The translations under genes were made by a program, and so were the position numbers. Of a stretch of DNA of 64,000 nucleotides, positions 1-11,568 are shown one piece after another (the first letter of the stretch is position 1; each line of letters opens with the position of its first letter). This DNA is from Macrostomum lignano (Eukaryota), in assembly GCA_002269645.1 (NCBI GenBank), contig NIVC01000734.1, positions 124,001 to 188,000 on the forward strand. Direction: 5' to 3'. The notes below the pieces were generated by a model that made no database searches, had not been told where the DNA came from, and saw only the letters and a list, made by a program, of their open reading frames with translations.

Positions 1-1818
1 CGTGCTATCTCCCCTGCTCTTTATTATCTACATCAACGACCTCCTCAAAAAACAGGAAAATATCGAAGGGCTAGAAGTCAGCGGCTACGCTGACGACCTA
101 GCCACCTGGTCTTGCAACAGATCGCCAGATGTTGCGCTCGAAAGGCAGCAGCTAGCCACCAAGACAATCCAAGACTGGAGCGAAAAGTGGCTGATGCCGA
201 TCTCAGTGCCCAAATGCACGCTCACCATCTTCAGCAACGACCCGGCCACGACGATACCTGCCGGGAAGGTCAAACTGAACAACCAGGAGATCCGGTGGGA
301 AGAGCACCCTAAATTCCTGGGCCTCACGTATGACAGGAAGCTCAGTTTCAGCAAGCACGCGGAGACGGTAGTGACTAGCTGCAGGAAGAACCTAAACTTA
401 CTCCGTAAACTAGCCGGTAGCGACTGGGGATGGCAACCGGAACTGGTACGTGACACCTACAAAGCCACAATCCGCAGCAACATCACGTACGGAGCTTGTG
501 CTTGGACGCCTTGGATTTCCGCCCCAATTTGGCGGAGGCTCGAGGTGCTACAAAGGGAAGCTCAAAGAATCATCACCGGAGCGACGGACACAACACCGGT
601 GGAAGCCCTGCGCTGAGAGAGCCAGCTGCAAGACCTCAAACCGCTGTGCACGGTTATCTGGGGCACCAAGCTCGACCGCTGGCTCCGACTGCCAGAGAAA
701 TCCCGGAGGTACAAGACCGCAACCAAAAATGTACCGACAAGACTGAAGCGGATCGGTTGGCGCAAGGCAGCCCAGGAGGCGCTGAGGGAAGCCGGGTTCC
801 TCGATCTGCCGAGAATCAAGGACGAGGAGGACGCCACACCCTGGAGCGGATGGCGTAAGGCCCTCATCGACGCCGAGGCAGACAGGCAAATAACGATGGA
901 AGGCAACAAGTGCATGGCCAAGAGAAGGCTCCATGCCAACTGCCCGAAACCGGACTACACACTGTACACCAACGGCTTGGTCAAAAACGGCAGAGGAAGA
1001 AGCGGAGTGGCGATTTTCACCGGCGAAGCGGAGAAGGAGCCTCCGATCCAAACCATCGCCAGACCGGCGGGGACATCGCCTCCTCGTTACAAGCGGAGCT
1101 CGGGGCCCTGGCGGCGGCCCTAGAGTGGCTAGAGAGCAGGCAGGACTGGCAAACGGCCCAAATTGCCTCGGATAGCAAGAGCGGACTCCTGGCCATCAAA
1201 GGCTACGGCAGAAACCCCGTGGCGATCAACACCCGGAAGACGCTCGCGAAGATGATCAGCAGAGACAAGCAGCTTGCGCTGACATGGATACCAGCGCACT
1301 GCGGCCATCCCGGAAACGAGGCCGCCGACATCATAGCAGGCAACGCGACGGAGCTCGCCCAAGGTCAGACGCCGGTGCTAGCCAGCCTGGTCCAAGCACG
1401 CCTAGCAGCCAAAATGGCCAAAAAGCAAGGAAAAGACCGGCAGTGGGCTCACGTCCGAAGCAAGAACACCTACGGCACCGTCAGGTCTGCGCGCCACCCA
1501 CAGTTCAAGTCCCGGACCGAGGCGGTCAGCTTCTGTCTTTTTCGGACGGGCCACTCGCTGGAGCTCGAAGCCTATCAACTAAGGTTGAAAAAGGACACCG
1601 ACGGGCTCTGCTGGGAGTGTGGCCTGGAAGAAGAGACGGTGGTCCACGTCATCGAAGAGTGCCCCGCCACCGAGCTAGCCAGAAGGCAATACGGGCTCTT
1701 GCTTATGACGCACACGAACGAGCTACCCGAGCCGATCCTGAGCTACTGGAACTGGTACAGGTGCCGCCCCAAATGGAAGGAGAAGCTCGACGAGGTGTTA
1801 AATACGGCTCAGCTATAA
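1..1818 (+). mobile_element. Ingi-like non-LTR retrotransposon copy 1, 3' part (RT C-terminus, RNase H, C-terminal zinc finger); frameshifted, cut by the window edge
   Basis: ORF 2-616 has LSPLLF, YADDLA and KFLG RT motifs. ORFs 896-1818 give RNase H motifs (LYTNG, AELGAL, SDSKS, WIPAHCG, GNEAAD) and CWECG...HVIEEC. The stop is followed by an (AAC)n(AGC)n tail. Confidence 0.9.
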
Positions 1819-1857
1819 CAACAACAACAACAACAGCAACAGCAGCAGCAGCAGCAC
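1817..1857 (+). repeat. (AAC)n/(AGC)n microsatellite tail between Ingi-like copies 1 and 2
   Basis: aacaacaacaacaacaacagcaacagcagcagcagcagcac, read directly. Confidence 0.9.
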
Positions 1858-1927
1858 AGCCCCCACACCTCCTCGCGGTGTGCTGTGGACACCCGCCCTC
1901 TCCCTGGGCTGGTGACGAAGGGGGGGC
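1851..1927 (+). ncRNA. HDV-like self-cleaving ribozyme at the 5' end of Ingi-like copy 2
   Basis: P1 GCAGCAC(1851-57)/GTGCTGT(1880-86) with G1-U wobble; P3 ACC/GGT; L3 TCCTCGC (same as HDV antigenomic); P1.1 GG; P4 CACC-GCCC/GGGC-GGTG; J4/2 ACGAA with catalytic C at 1916; P2 GCCCCCAC/GGGGGGGC with one mismatch. Confidence 0.88.
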
Positions 1928-1933
1928 ATACCT

Positions 1934-2005
1934 ATGGACTACTGCTGGGACTGCAAGAAGTGGAAGCTGATCAAAGCCGGAGACGTCGAGAGCAACCCGG
2001 GTCCC
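1934..2005 (+). other. 2A/StopGo ribosome-skipping peptide (MDYCWDCKKWKLIKAGDVESNPG|P)
   Basis: Exact D-V/I-E-x-N-P-G-P consensus at the ORF N-terminus. Confidence 0.88.
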
Positions 2006-5000
2006 GGAAGAGGCGAGCGACAAGCAGCACGATGCGCCGAATGCGAGAACTACGTGCATCTGAAATGCAGCGGCCTCAGCCAGGCGGACTTCTATAGGCT
2101 CGAGGTCGAGCGCCGGGCCAGACCACAATGGCGCGGCCCCTGCTGTTCTGCGGCAACTGGCGAACGGACGACGGTTGAGCTGGTCGGTGAGGACAGCAGA
2201 CGGAGCCCGGATAGACCGCGTCAAAGAGAACCATGCCTGAACTGCGGCAAGACGATCAGAACCGGAGCCAACAACATCTCGTGCACGGATTGCGGTAGGC
2301 GATGCCACAAGAAATGCTCAGGCCGGAGCCGCTGGTCGACTGACAAGCTCGCAAACTGGAAGTGCGGACAATGTATTGGCGGACAGGCCAGCATGTCCCA
2401 CGGACAGAATAGCAGCCAACGGACGCCACCCAGCCCGCCTGAACGAGGCTGGTGTGCCAAGTGCAACAAGTATAGGCGCGCGGGACACGGCATCACCTGC
2501 CGTAGCTGCGACAAGGTGGTGCACTGGAGCTGCTCGGGCATCGGATCTAGGACGGAGCAAGAAAAAAAAAGGTAAAAAAAATGGCGCTGCACCGAATGTA
2601 CCGCGGAGCCCACCCAGCGCGATAACGCCAAGCAGCCTGCCGCTAGTGAGGAGGACACTGAGACCACCTAGATGCCTGACCCGGTGAAGGCGGCCTGGGA
2701 GGAGGACCTCGTGATCTTGCAATGGAACTGCGACCACCTGAAGGCAAAAACGCCGGAACTCGAGAGCTACCTATGCAAGTACAACGTTGCGGTGGCTATG
2801 CTGCAAGAGACTAAGTTGAGAGCTGAAGACGGTGAGATTGACATACCTGGGTACACCCTGATCAGACAGGACAGGAGCAGAAGGCGTAATCAGAAAGCGG
2901 CCAGAGGAGGGGGGCTCGTGATCCTCATCAGGAAAAGCCTCCATTACCTGGAACTGAATGAATGGAATGCTGACGGGGACGATGGGCTGGAAGTCCTGGC
3001 GGTCAAGATCATCGGCCGGGAGGGACCTGAACCTGGCCAACGTCTACGCCACCCCCGGCACCGCTCTGCCGCCCGGCTGGACCAGGCGTGTCCCCTGTGG
3101 GCAGCAGTGGATCACTGGAGGCGATTTCAACGCCCACCATGAATCATGGGACAATAACATGGCTCCCGACGGCAGAGGAGATGAGTTGGCGGACTGGGCA
3201 AGCGACATGGAGCTGACCATACTCAACGACGGAACCCCCACCAGAATGGGCAGGGGTGAGAGTGTCGACTCCTCCCCGGACGTCACCGTCTGCCACAACA
3301 GTGCGGAAAGAGCCTGGAACTGGACTACCCTGGACGAGATGGGCTCGGACCACAAGCCTATCTTCATCAACCACGGGCCGCACGGTACCAACCGCGAACA
3401 GGGCAAAACGGCCAAGCGCGTGTCCTGGAACTGGAAAGCGGCGAACTGGCCAGCTTACAGGAAGCACATAACGAGCAGCTGCCAATACTTCGCCACGGAG
3501 AAGCCGTCGCTGATGAGCGAGGAAAGAGCGATTAGAGAATGCATCATCAAAGGCGCCAGAGAGTGTATTGGCACGAAGAACTGCTCCACCAGGAACACCC
3601 CATTAGCGGAGATGGAACTGAGAGCTGACATGGAGGCACGCGATTCCTTGAGAGGAGACTGGCAGCAATGGCAGGCAGCGAACGACGAGCTAAAGCGCAA
3701 AGTCAGAGAAGAGAAGGCGAAAGAATGGAAAGAGTATGTGGAAGCGAACTGCGATGGTAACAAAATGTGGCAGGTCCTCAAACGCCTCGAGGGCGGGGCC
3801 AAGGGAAGCAAGGACAACAACGTGCTCAAACACAAGGACTCTCCTCAAGCCACTGAGCAGCAGAGGAGAGCAGCGGTCACGATCCAGAGGTGAAGTAGTT
3901 CGTGGCTCCTGCCTCTGGCCGGCAGCAAATGCACGCTCACGCTATTCAGTTGCAGCCCCATAGGCCAAACGATTAACAGCAGCGGAATCACCATCAATGA
4001 TGTTGAGCTCAAGTGGTGCAAGTACCCCAAGTTCCTTGGTCTCACCTTCGACCCGCAGCTTAAGTTCCACCGGCACGCACAATCCGTGATAGCTAGCGCC
4101 AGGAGGAAGATGAACCTGCTCAGACGAGTCGCTGGCACAGTCTGGGGTTGGTCTAGTCAACTGCTTAGGAAATCGTATAAGGCCATTATGGACAGCGGCT
4201 TGCTCTACGGCGCCTCGGCGAGGACCCCCTGGATCAACAAGGAGACCTGGCGCCAGATGGAGGTCACACAGAGAATGGCCGCTCGTATTATCACCGGATT
4301 GATGGCCACCACACCGACGGATGCGCTCGAGGCTAAAAGCGGCCTCGTGCCGATTGAGGACCTCTGTCACGTGCGGTGGGCCATAATGTACGACAGGCTT
4401 CTCAGGAAAGATAAGGACTCGCTCAGAGGCAAGCTCGTCCGGAAAGCCCAAGTTAACAGGCGTAAGAGAAAAGGCTGGAGGAATCAGGCCGCGGATATAT
4501 TCAACATGAGCGGACTATCCGACGCGGTCCTAGAGGATGCCATGGCCGAGGCCCCCTGGTCTGACAGCTGCAAGAACAGGGCCTTCATCTCGGGCCCCAG
4601 AGCGTCAACCGACAACGAGAATAGGACCATGGGCCTGGAAGTCATCAAGAAACTTGGACACCTTGACTGGCTTGGCTCATTTACTCCAACGGCTCGGTGA
4701 AGGATAACAGCGGGTCCGGCGGCATTGTGGTCTGTAAACCCAGCATGGACGACGTCGAGGGTGTCCAGCAGATCGTGGACAAAGACAGAGCCGCGGCGGG
4801 GAAGCCATGCTCGTCGACGCAGGCTGAGCTCAGGGCGGCCTGCCTAGGACTCGACTGGCTGGATGCGCGGTGGGACTGGACCAGCGCCGCCATCATTTGC
4901 GACAGCCAAAGCTTGCGTCCGGCTCCTGCAAGGGACCAGCAGGCACCCGACGGCCATTGCGGCCAGAATGTGTATGAGGGCTCTCGAGGCCAGGGGCCAG

Positions 5001-5505
5001 CAGGTGAAGATTGCTTGGACTCCGGCGCACTGCGGCCTGGCGGGTAACGAGCTGGCAGACGAGGAAGCGGGCAGAGCGTGGGCTGAGGCCAGTGCCGAGG
5101 AGCAGGAGGTGTGCAAGAGGCCGTCGACCATGCGCAAAGCATGGATCAACAGACAAGTTGCAGCGGACAGAAAAAGAACGCACCCTCGCTCGCTCACGGT
5201 TTACAGCAACGGCGAAGCAACCTAGGTACAGCAGCCGAGAAGAGGCCAGCAGCTTCAGGAGGCTCCGTACCGGCCACTTATTAGAGGTTGCCAGTTATGC
5301 GAAACGCATTGGAAGAACAGATGACAGCAGCTACCAGGAATGCGGATTGCACGAGGATAATGTCGAACATCTGATGGACTGCCCGGCGACCTGGAGGAAG
5401 AGAAATGATATGGATATCAGGGAGCTTGCGGATTTGAACACCAAGGCCGAGAAGGCACTCGACTTCTGGCGGTGGATGCGCGACAGAAAGACCGAAAGGA
5501 AGTAG
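1934..5505 (+). mobile_element. Ingi-like non-LTR retrotransposon copy 2: 2A - 3xPHD - APE endonuclease - (RT core deleted) - RT thumb - RNase H - zinc finger; several frameshifts
   Basis: 1934-2575 has GDVESNPGP plus three Cys/His PHD-like fingers. 2672-3400 has APE motifs (LQWNCD, LQETKL, GGDFNAH, SPDVT, SDHKP). After ~3890 the sequence jumps straight to YPKFLGLTFD with no PQG/YADD. RNase H (AELRAA, ICDSQS, WTPAHCG, GNELAD) at 4680-5150. Confidence 0.88.
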
Positions 5506-5596
5506 TCCATATATAGGCTTTACACACACACACAGCAGCAGTAGCAACAGCAGCAGCACCCTACACCCTGTACGGCTGTACTGAAGACTTGTCTTT

Positions 5597-5671
5597 AGCC
5601 CCTGTCCGGCTCCGCGTCTTCGTCGCGGGGGGGGGGAGGTGATTCCCATGGGAATCATCGAAGAGAGCCGG
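5597..5671 (+). ncRNA. Degenerate HDV-like ribozyme at the 5' end of Ingi-like copy 3
   Basis: P2 CCGGCTC(5606-12)/GAGCCGG(5665-71); P3 GCG/CGC; L3 TCTTCGT; P4 GTGATTCC/GGAATCAT; J4/2 CGAA(5659-62). P1 is only partial (CCCCT against a G10 run). Confidence 0.6.
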
Positions 5672-6970
5672 GCATCGGACACTAGTTGTCCCATTGGCGA
5701 AAACATAATAGACAGGCAAACCGATCCCGACGTGTGCGCGACCGGTGGAGACATCAGTGTGGCCCGATATCTCCCCAAGATGCTTCTGACTAGGGCCGGT
5801 GACGTCGAGACCAATCCTGGACCGGATCCTTGCGTCAGCACCGGCAACTACCGGGAGTGCGGCAAGCCGCTGAAAGGCAGATTTCTCAGCTGCCCCTCCT
5901 GTGATCGGGGCTATCACCTGCAACGCGTTTGCTCTGGAATGAGTCGCTGGGCCGCCGACCGTGCTGTCTGTGAGTCCGGCTGGACCTGCCGAGCCTGCAG
6001 GGGCGAACTCGATGCCACCCCACAGGCCGAACGGCCTGATGAGGAGGCGACCGAGTTCATGGCCGCTACTGCCAATTATGAAGATCTCTGGAGGCGCCGA
6101 GTCCGTGAGCGCCTAGCCAACTAGAAGCCTCCTTGTAACAAGTGCAGGAAGCCGATGCGTGCCGCCACGGTGACTGCGTGCTGCAACACATGCGAGCAAT
6201 TCTACCACAATGCCTGTTCGGGGGCGACTCGTGACACCATCAACAGAGATGTTCGTCGGGGGAGATGGCGCTGTACGAGGTGTACTGAGGCGCTCAACAG
6301 GGTGCCCTCACCACCCTTGCCCGCTGAATCTGATCCCTCGGCTGGAACGACCCATCCGGGCCGCAAGCAAGACTGGCCCAAACGCACCAGTGGTCTGCGC
6401 CTGCTACAATGGAATGCCGACGGCCTGAGGAGCAAATTAGGAGAACTGGAGGAGCTTGTCAACAGACTCCATGTGGATATCGTCGCGGTGCAAGAGAGCA
6501 AGTTGGATTCCTTCGCTAAAACGCCCAAGCTGCTCGGCTACAACGCTGTCCGTAAGGACCGCCGTGTCCTTCGCTCCAGTGAGCATTGCAAAGGAGGCGG
6601 TTTGCTGTTTTTCATTCGCCAGGACATTCCGTTTTGCAAAGTCCGTGGCTGGAGCGGAAACTCTGTCGAAGGCTGCCGCATTGTGATCCACTGCTCCAGT
6701 CGGACCAGGTTAGTGGTCACCAATATTTATCGTCCGCCCATTCGTCAGGTTGCGGACCGTGATCAGCGTGAGCACCCCAATGTTAAGCACTGGCTCAAGC
6801 CGCATGCCAGGGAACTCATCCTTGGCGATTTCAATCTGCACCACCCCACCTGGGGGAGCCTACCGGAACAAGGACAGGAGGGTGTAACCCAAGCGAGGGT
6901 ACGAGCAGGGAAACTCAGCCCCAGTCCTGCTGCTTGCCAACCCACTGTCGCACAAACGCGCAGGCAGTAG
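5639..6970 (+). mobile_element. Ingi-like non-LTR retrotransposon copy 3, 5' part only: 2A - PHD fingers - APE (truncated ~6880)
   Basis: LLTRAGDVETNPGP (ending 5824); CPSCDRGYH..C and CNTCEQFYH..C fingers; LLQWNADG, VQESKL, LGDFNLH APE motifs. Confidence 0.85.
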
Positions 6971-7922
6971 GCCGGCAACCAGGGTCGCAGCAAACGCACA
7001 GGCCCTGGTGACGATGACCTAATGGCGCTAGAGCCCCAAATAACAAAAGTAGAACGATACTTACGGTGGCGTGGGTTGCTCACTTGGCGCTTTTTGCGTC
7101 TATGTTGAAATACGATTGCTACGATTGTACGAGTATATTGTTTGTATCGGTTGTAGCCGGAGCGGCGAAGGAGCCAAAGGAGAAGCGAACGAGGGGGATA
7201 GCGGGGGGGGGGAAGGAGCGCGCGCCAATAAATATCAGTCAGTACAAGATGTGGTGGGGCAAAAGCTGCAGGGTAAGAGAAACGGCGGGGTGGGGCAGAG
7301 AGAGCGAGCGGGGATTGGCTGCAGCCACGCAGAACGCGACTGGGGGTAGAAAACAAGAATTGCAAATACAGCGACAGCCAATGAGAGGGCACGGAGGGGG
7401 AAGGATAATAATAATCAGGGGTGAGAAAACCGCAGACAAAGGCTGGATAAATAAACAACTTCAATAAAAAATTCATCAATTGATTAGGTCTAGTGCAGTG
7501 GCATTTGGTACTTTATTTTTGTAAAGTTTGTAACTTTATAAAAATAGCTCTTTATAATAGTTACTTTATTAAAAATAGTACTTTATTTTTGTAAAGTTAC
7601 TTTATAAAAATAGCACACAATAAGTTGCTAGCATGGAAGGGGTTTATTAATATTAATAATACGGAGCTGAGGCGAGATATCAAGCTCAGCTCAGACAAAT
7701 GCTAAATGCAGAACATTTCTAATTAAAAGCGAGACATGTCTAAAGCAACTAGACTTCTACCTCAATGAGTTGGACGTCATTACGAGACTGTCTTCGAACG
7801 GCGATGAATGTCGCGAGCTTATCGACGACTTCATGAACTTCCTGGCAAACTAGACCAAACAACTTGACGATTTACAGGAGTTCGAAGAACAACTAACTGA
7901 TGACGGTGATCTGAGTGATGAG

Positions 7923-8560
7923 TTGCTCCAGTTAGATGGCATCGAGATTGAAGGTCTGCCCGCTAGCACCAGGCGGCAAATGGAGGAGAACGGTAGGCAT
8001 TTTTTCAACTTTTGTATGAATCGAAGCCTACGCACGGACTATGCCTCGCTGGATCACAGAACGCTGAATGAATACCTTCGAATATATTATTTCCAATTAA
8101 AGACCAATGAGAGAAAATATTACGCTCCTGCAACTCTCGGTCGTACTTGAGCCGGAATTCAACGCTATCTGAATATTCTTTGCAAGCGTCCGACGAACTT
8201 AATGGCAAAACATACCGCTTTCAATGGAAGTAATCGCATGCTGTCTTTCAAGATCAGACAGTGTATTGAAGCTGGGCAGGAGACTCGCCACCATGACGCC
8301 ATCGAAGAAGGTGACATGCTTAAGCTTAGGCAATACTTTAATAGAGAATGCTGAACGCCTCCATGTTGTTTAGGGTCCTGTATGAACTGGGCGAGCGTGG
8401 CCAGGAACACCTACGCGTCTTAATGGTGCGGAACTGTTTGCGGCGAGGTGTCGATGCCGATGGTCGCGAGTATTTGGCTTTGCCGTCCCTACCGTCAAAG
8501 AACCGGACAGCTGACGTTGACCATCCGAAAAAAAAGTGTTGACGCAAAGCGCTTGTCAAT
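7923..8560 (+). pseudogene. Crypton-type tyrosine recombinase (DUF3504/KCTD1-ZMYM-like) relic
   Basis: Read-through translation LNEYLRIYYFQLKTNERKYYAPATL..*AGIQRYL...F..SN..L...HHDAIEEGDMLKLRQYF matches the N-terminal signature of CryptonA/DUF3504 proteins as I recall it; in-frame stop and frameshift. Confidence 0.65.
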
Positions 8561-9526
8561 GCTATTGTCATTGGAGCCAATAGTTATTTCCTAGGTGATA
8601 TTGCCTTGTGCAATGGCTTACATTAATTGGTTTTCACTGGCTAAAAGTATTGCTTCCGAAATTTAGAGTTTTTACTTTTGTACTTTTATTTGCGATTCAA
8701 TTTGCCATTATTTTTCCATAGACTAATTTCCTTGCGTAGTTCGTTCTCGCAATTCCTATGTGTCCAACCCTTTTCATCTTCATTAATTCAAAGGCTAAAT
8801 ACGAGCTAAAGCACAATTCAAATTTCACTTACTGAACTCTAGAAACTTGTAGCTTAGCTTAGCTACAAGATTTCATTGAAGTTATTTAATTTACAATTTT
8901 GGTTTGACCCCCTTTGCAATCATGCAACTTTGAAATACAATTGACTCACTCAGGTAAACTGATTCAGAATTTCTGTGCGACTCGTAGACTAAATTCGGCA
9001 TCTGTGACGATTTATTTGGCAGACTCGAAAATGATTAACGAGACAACACGGCAGAGGCACAATTTGTAGCGGTAGCACTTGATTATAGTACAACTGATGC
9101 GGGCAATGGCCGCAGTCTTGTTTATTGTAACAATATAAGAGGGTAGTTAAGCTTGCTATTATCAGTTCTGCCTGGGCGGCCAATAGCGATAGGGCAGAGT
9201 AACTGCTGAATCAGGAAGGAATGCACTGGCGGCTACACAACAATAAGATAGATAAATTCTGGTAGGCGAAAAAACGAGTCGAGGAGCCCGAGGCAATGGT
9301 AGCAGCGTGATGACAGTAAACGTGTGGCGGCGGTGCTCGCAGCGAGAGCTCGAACAGACAGTAGAGTGGCGTGACTGAGGCTTGGCAGAGGCGTGGTTAA
9401 GAACCGTGGCGGAGCGACGCGGAGAGAAGGCAAGCAAACACGGAGTTATTTAAAATTCTTTGGCCACTACTTTAAGCAGACGTGAGAGTACGGGACCATT
9501 CAATTGACAACATTACAGATTGGTAC

Positions 9527-9886
9527 AGTAGTATATACGGTACAAAATTGCCAGCAAACCGTTCTCATAATTCAAAGAGATTTAACCCTTTATCAGTGTG
9601 AAATGACTCGTTTTCCCTTCATTATCGCTCGTCTTCACTTCGCTCAACTCGCTTCGATCATCCTCGCTTCATTTCGGTCAATCTCCCCATTTTACACTTA
9701 CAACGATTGATTCTCTTTGAATTCTGAGAATACGCTCTCGTCGTTCGCTTTGGTTTGCTGGCAATTTTGTACCGTATCCAACACTTCCAACTCTACCCAA
9801 CTCTTCTAACACTTCCAACTCTCTCCAACACTTCCAACACTCTATAACCCCAGGCCGCGCCGCAGGCGCGAAGGGTCTTTTTCTGT
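9527..9886 (+). repeat. Left terminal inverted repeat
   Basis: Near-identical reverse complement of 27126-27476; carries an extra 9 nt (GCAGGCGCG) near 9862. Confidence 0.95.
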
Positions 9887-10072
9887 AGTATGAAACTTCA
9901 TACTAGCCCATTCATGAAGAGGAGACATAATACCATATATGGTAGCGAGAGTTTCATTCATAAGTTATAAATCGTCTCTTTTTCTTATACCACCCACCGT
10001 TCTATTATTCTACCCCAACCTATTGTGCCTCCACTTCGTCTCTTTTTTCTGCTACTAAAAATAGAACAAAAA

Positions 10073-10483
10073 ATGACACACGTTACTCATTTGCAAAATC
10101 TGAATGAAATGCAGGTAGGAGACCCAGTTGAATACCGAGGTGAGGGACTTTTTGATGTGGTTGGAACAGCAGCAAATTTTGTTAAAGACAATATGGGTCT
10201 TATAGGGCAAGCAGGCTCCGCAGCAGGCTCTATAACAAATGCTGTAAAGGGCGGAATTGAAGCAGCTAGAGCAGTAGAAGAACTAAAGAAATTGAGAGAA
10301 TTTAACGACACCCTCTCACAAATAAAAGCAATAAAAGATTTGAAACTAGCGCAGGAAGCAACTCAAGCCACACAACCAACAGAAACCCCCACAAAAAGCA
10401 CACTAATAAGTAATAAAGATATTCAGGATTTTAATAAAATGTTAACCACAATTAAAGGCGGAAAAGGATTAAAGAAATTTTAA
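10073..10483 (+). CDS. Polinton small protein, probable virion core or membrane-active protein
   Basis: AAAATG start; amphipathic Gly/Ala-rich segment; GEGL and GKGL motifs. Confidence 0.6.
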   Translation: MTHVTHLQNLNEMQVGDPVEYRGEGLFDVVGTAANFVKDNMGLIGQAGSAAGSITNAVKGGIEAARAVEELKKLREFNDTLSQIKAIKDLKLAQEATQATQPTETPTKSTLISNKDIQDFNKMLTTIKGGKGLKKF

Positions 10484-10493
10484 CAATATAAAA

Positions 10494-11484
10494 ATGGACT
10501 CAATTAATGACGAAAATCGCTTATATTTTATAGCAGAGGTTGTAGACACATTAGGTTTGGACGATAACAAAAATAGTCATACAATGTTAAAAAGGCTGGA
10601 TCGTTTAGGTAAAAAACTTGACTATGATATCAATACATTTAAACTCGCTGCAAAATATGCACAAGAAGGAAGACCAATATCCTTTAAGAATCACGGTAGA
10701 AATTATAGATTAACAGATTCTGATGTTAAATTTTTAATGGAAACGCACATAAAAAAGGACGGCGGCTTGCTACCTATTTTACCAATTCTTTTAGGACTTG
10801 GGGCAGCCGGAGCAGCCGGTTTAGCAGGAAAAATAATTCACGATAATATAAAACAGCTAGGAGAGTTAAAAGCGAAACAAGGGGGAATCCTGCCACTTGC
10901 AACTTTGCTCCCAATAATTTTTGCAGGAATTGGAGCAGCTGGAGGAGTCGCTGGTGGAGCAGCTGGAATTGCAAAAGCAGTAAATGACAAAAAAAGCCGC
11001 GGACGAAAAAGCTAGAGAGGCAGAATTTCAAAGACAGCAAATAACACAGGATGCTCAATTCAAACAGAAACTCATTGACACCATTAATAGTAGTTCAGCA
11101 ACAGCAGAGCAAAAAAGAAATGCAGAAGCTAGGTTAGCAGCCGGAAAAGGTTTAATACTAAAAGGAACAAATCATGGTGACGGCTTAATACTAAAAGGAA
11201 CAACCCAAGGAAGCGGAGTTGTCGCAGATAAACTACACGAGTTTGGCCAAACTTTAGAAAAAACGGGTGAGAAAGCTAAAGGATTTTTTGACAATATTGG
11301 AGCTAATTTTAGGCCAGCAGTTTTGAAGATTTTTAATAAATTAGGAAAAGATTTTAACATCGTTGAAAAACATGACGGAAGCGGATTATATCTCGAAATG
11401 CGACCAAAAGCAGGTTCAGGAATTTTTTTAAATGCAAATGTTATGGGTAGTGGACTACTGTTACCTAAAGCGGAACTCGAATAA
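10494..11484 (+). CDS. Polinton core protein with two adenovirus pX-like GG(L/I)LP hydrophobic segments; 1-nt frameshift in an A7 run at ~10990
   Basis: DGGLLPILPILLGLGAAG and QGGILPLATLLPIIFAGIGAAG; removing one A joins NDKK to AADEKAR; repeated GxGL motifs in the C-terminus. Confidence 0.7.
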
Positions 11485-11568
11485 GCTCCTGTGGGGAGGG
11501 TCAGGACGTCTAAAACTTAAAATTAAAAAACCAATAATTCAAATATTGTATAAATTTTATTCTATAAA

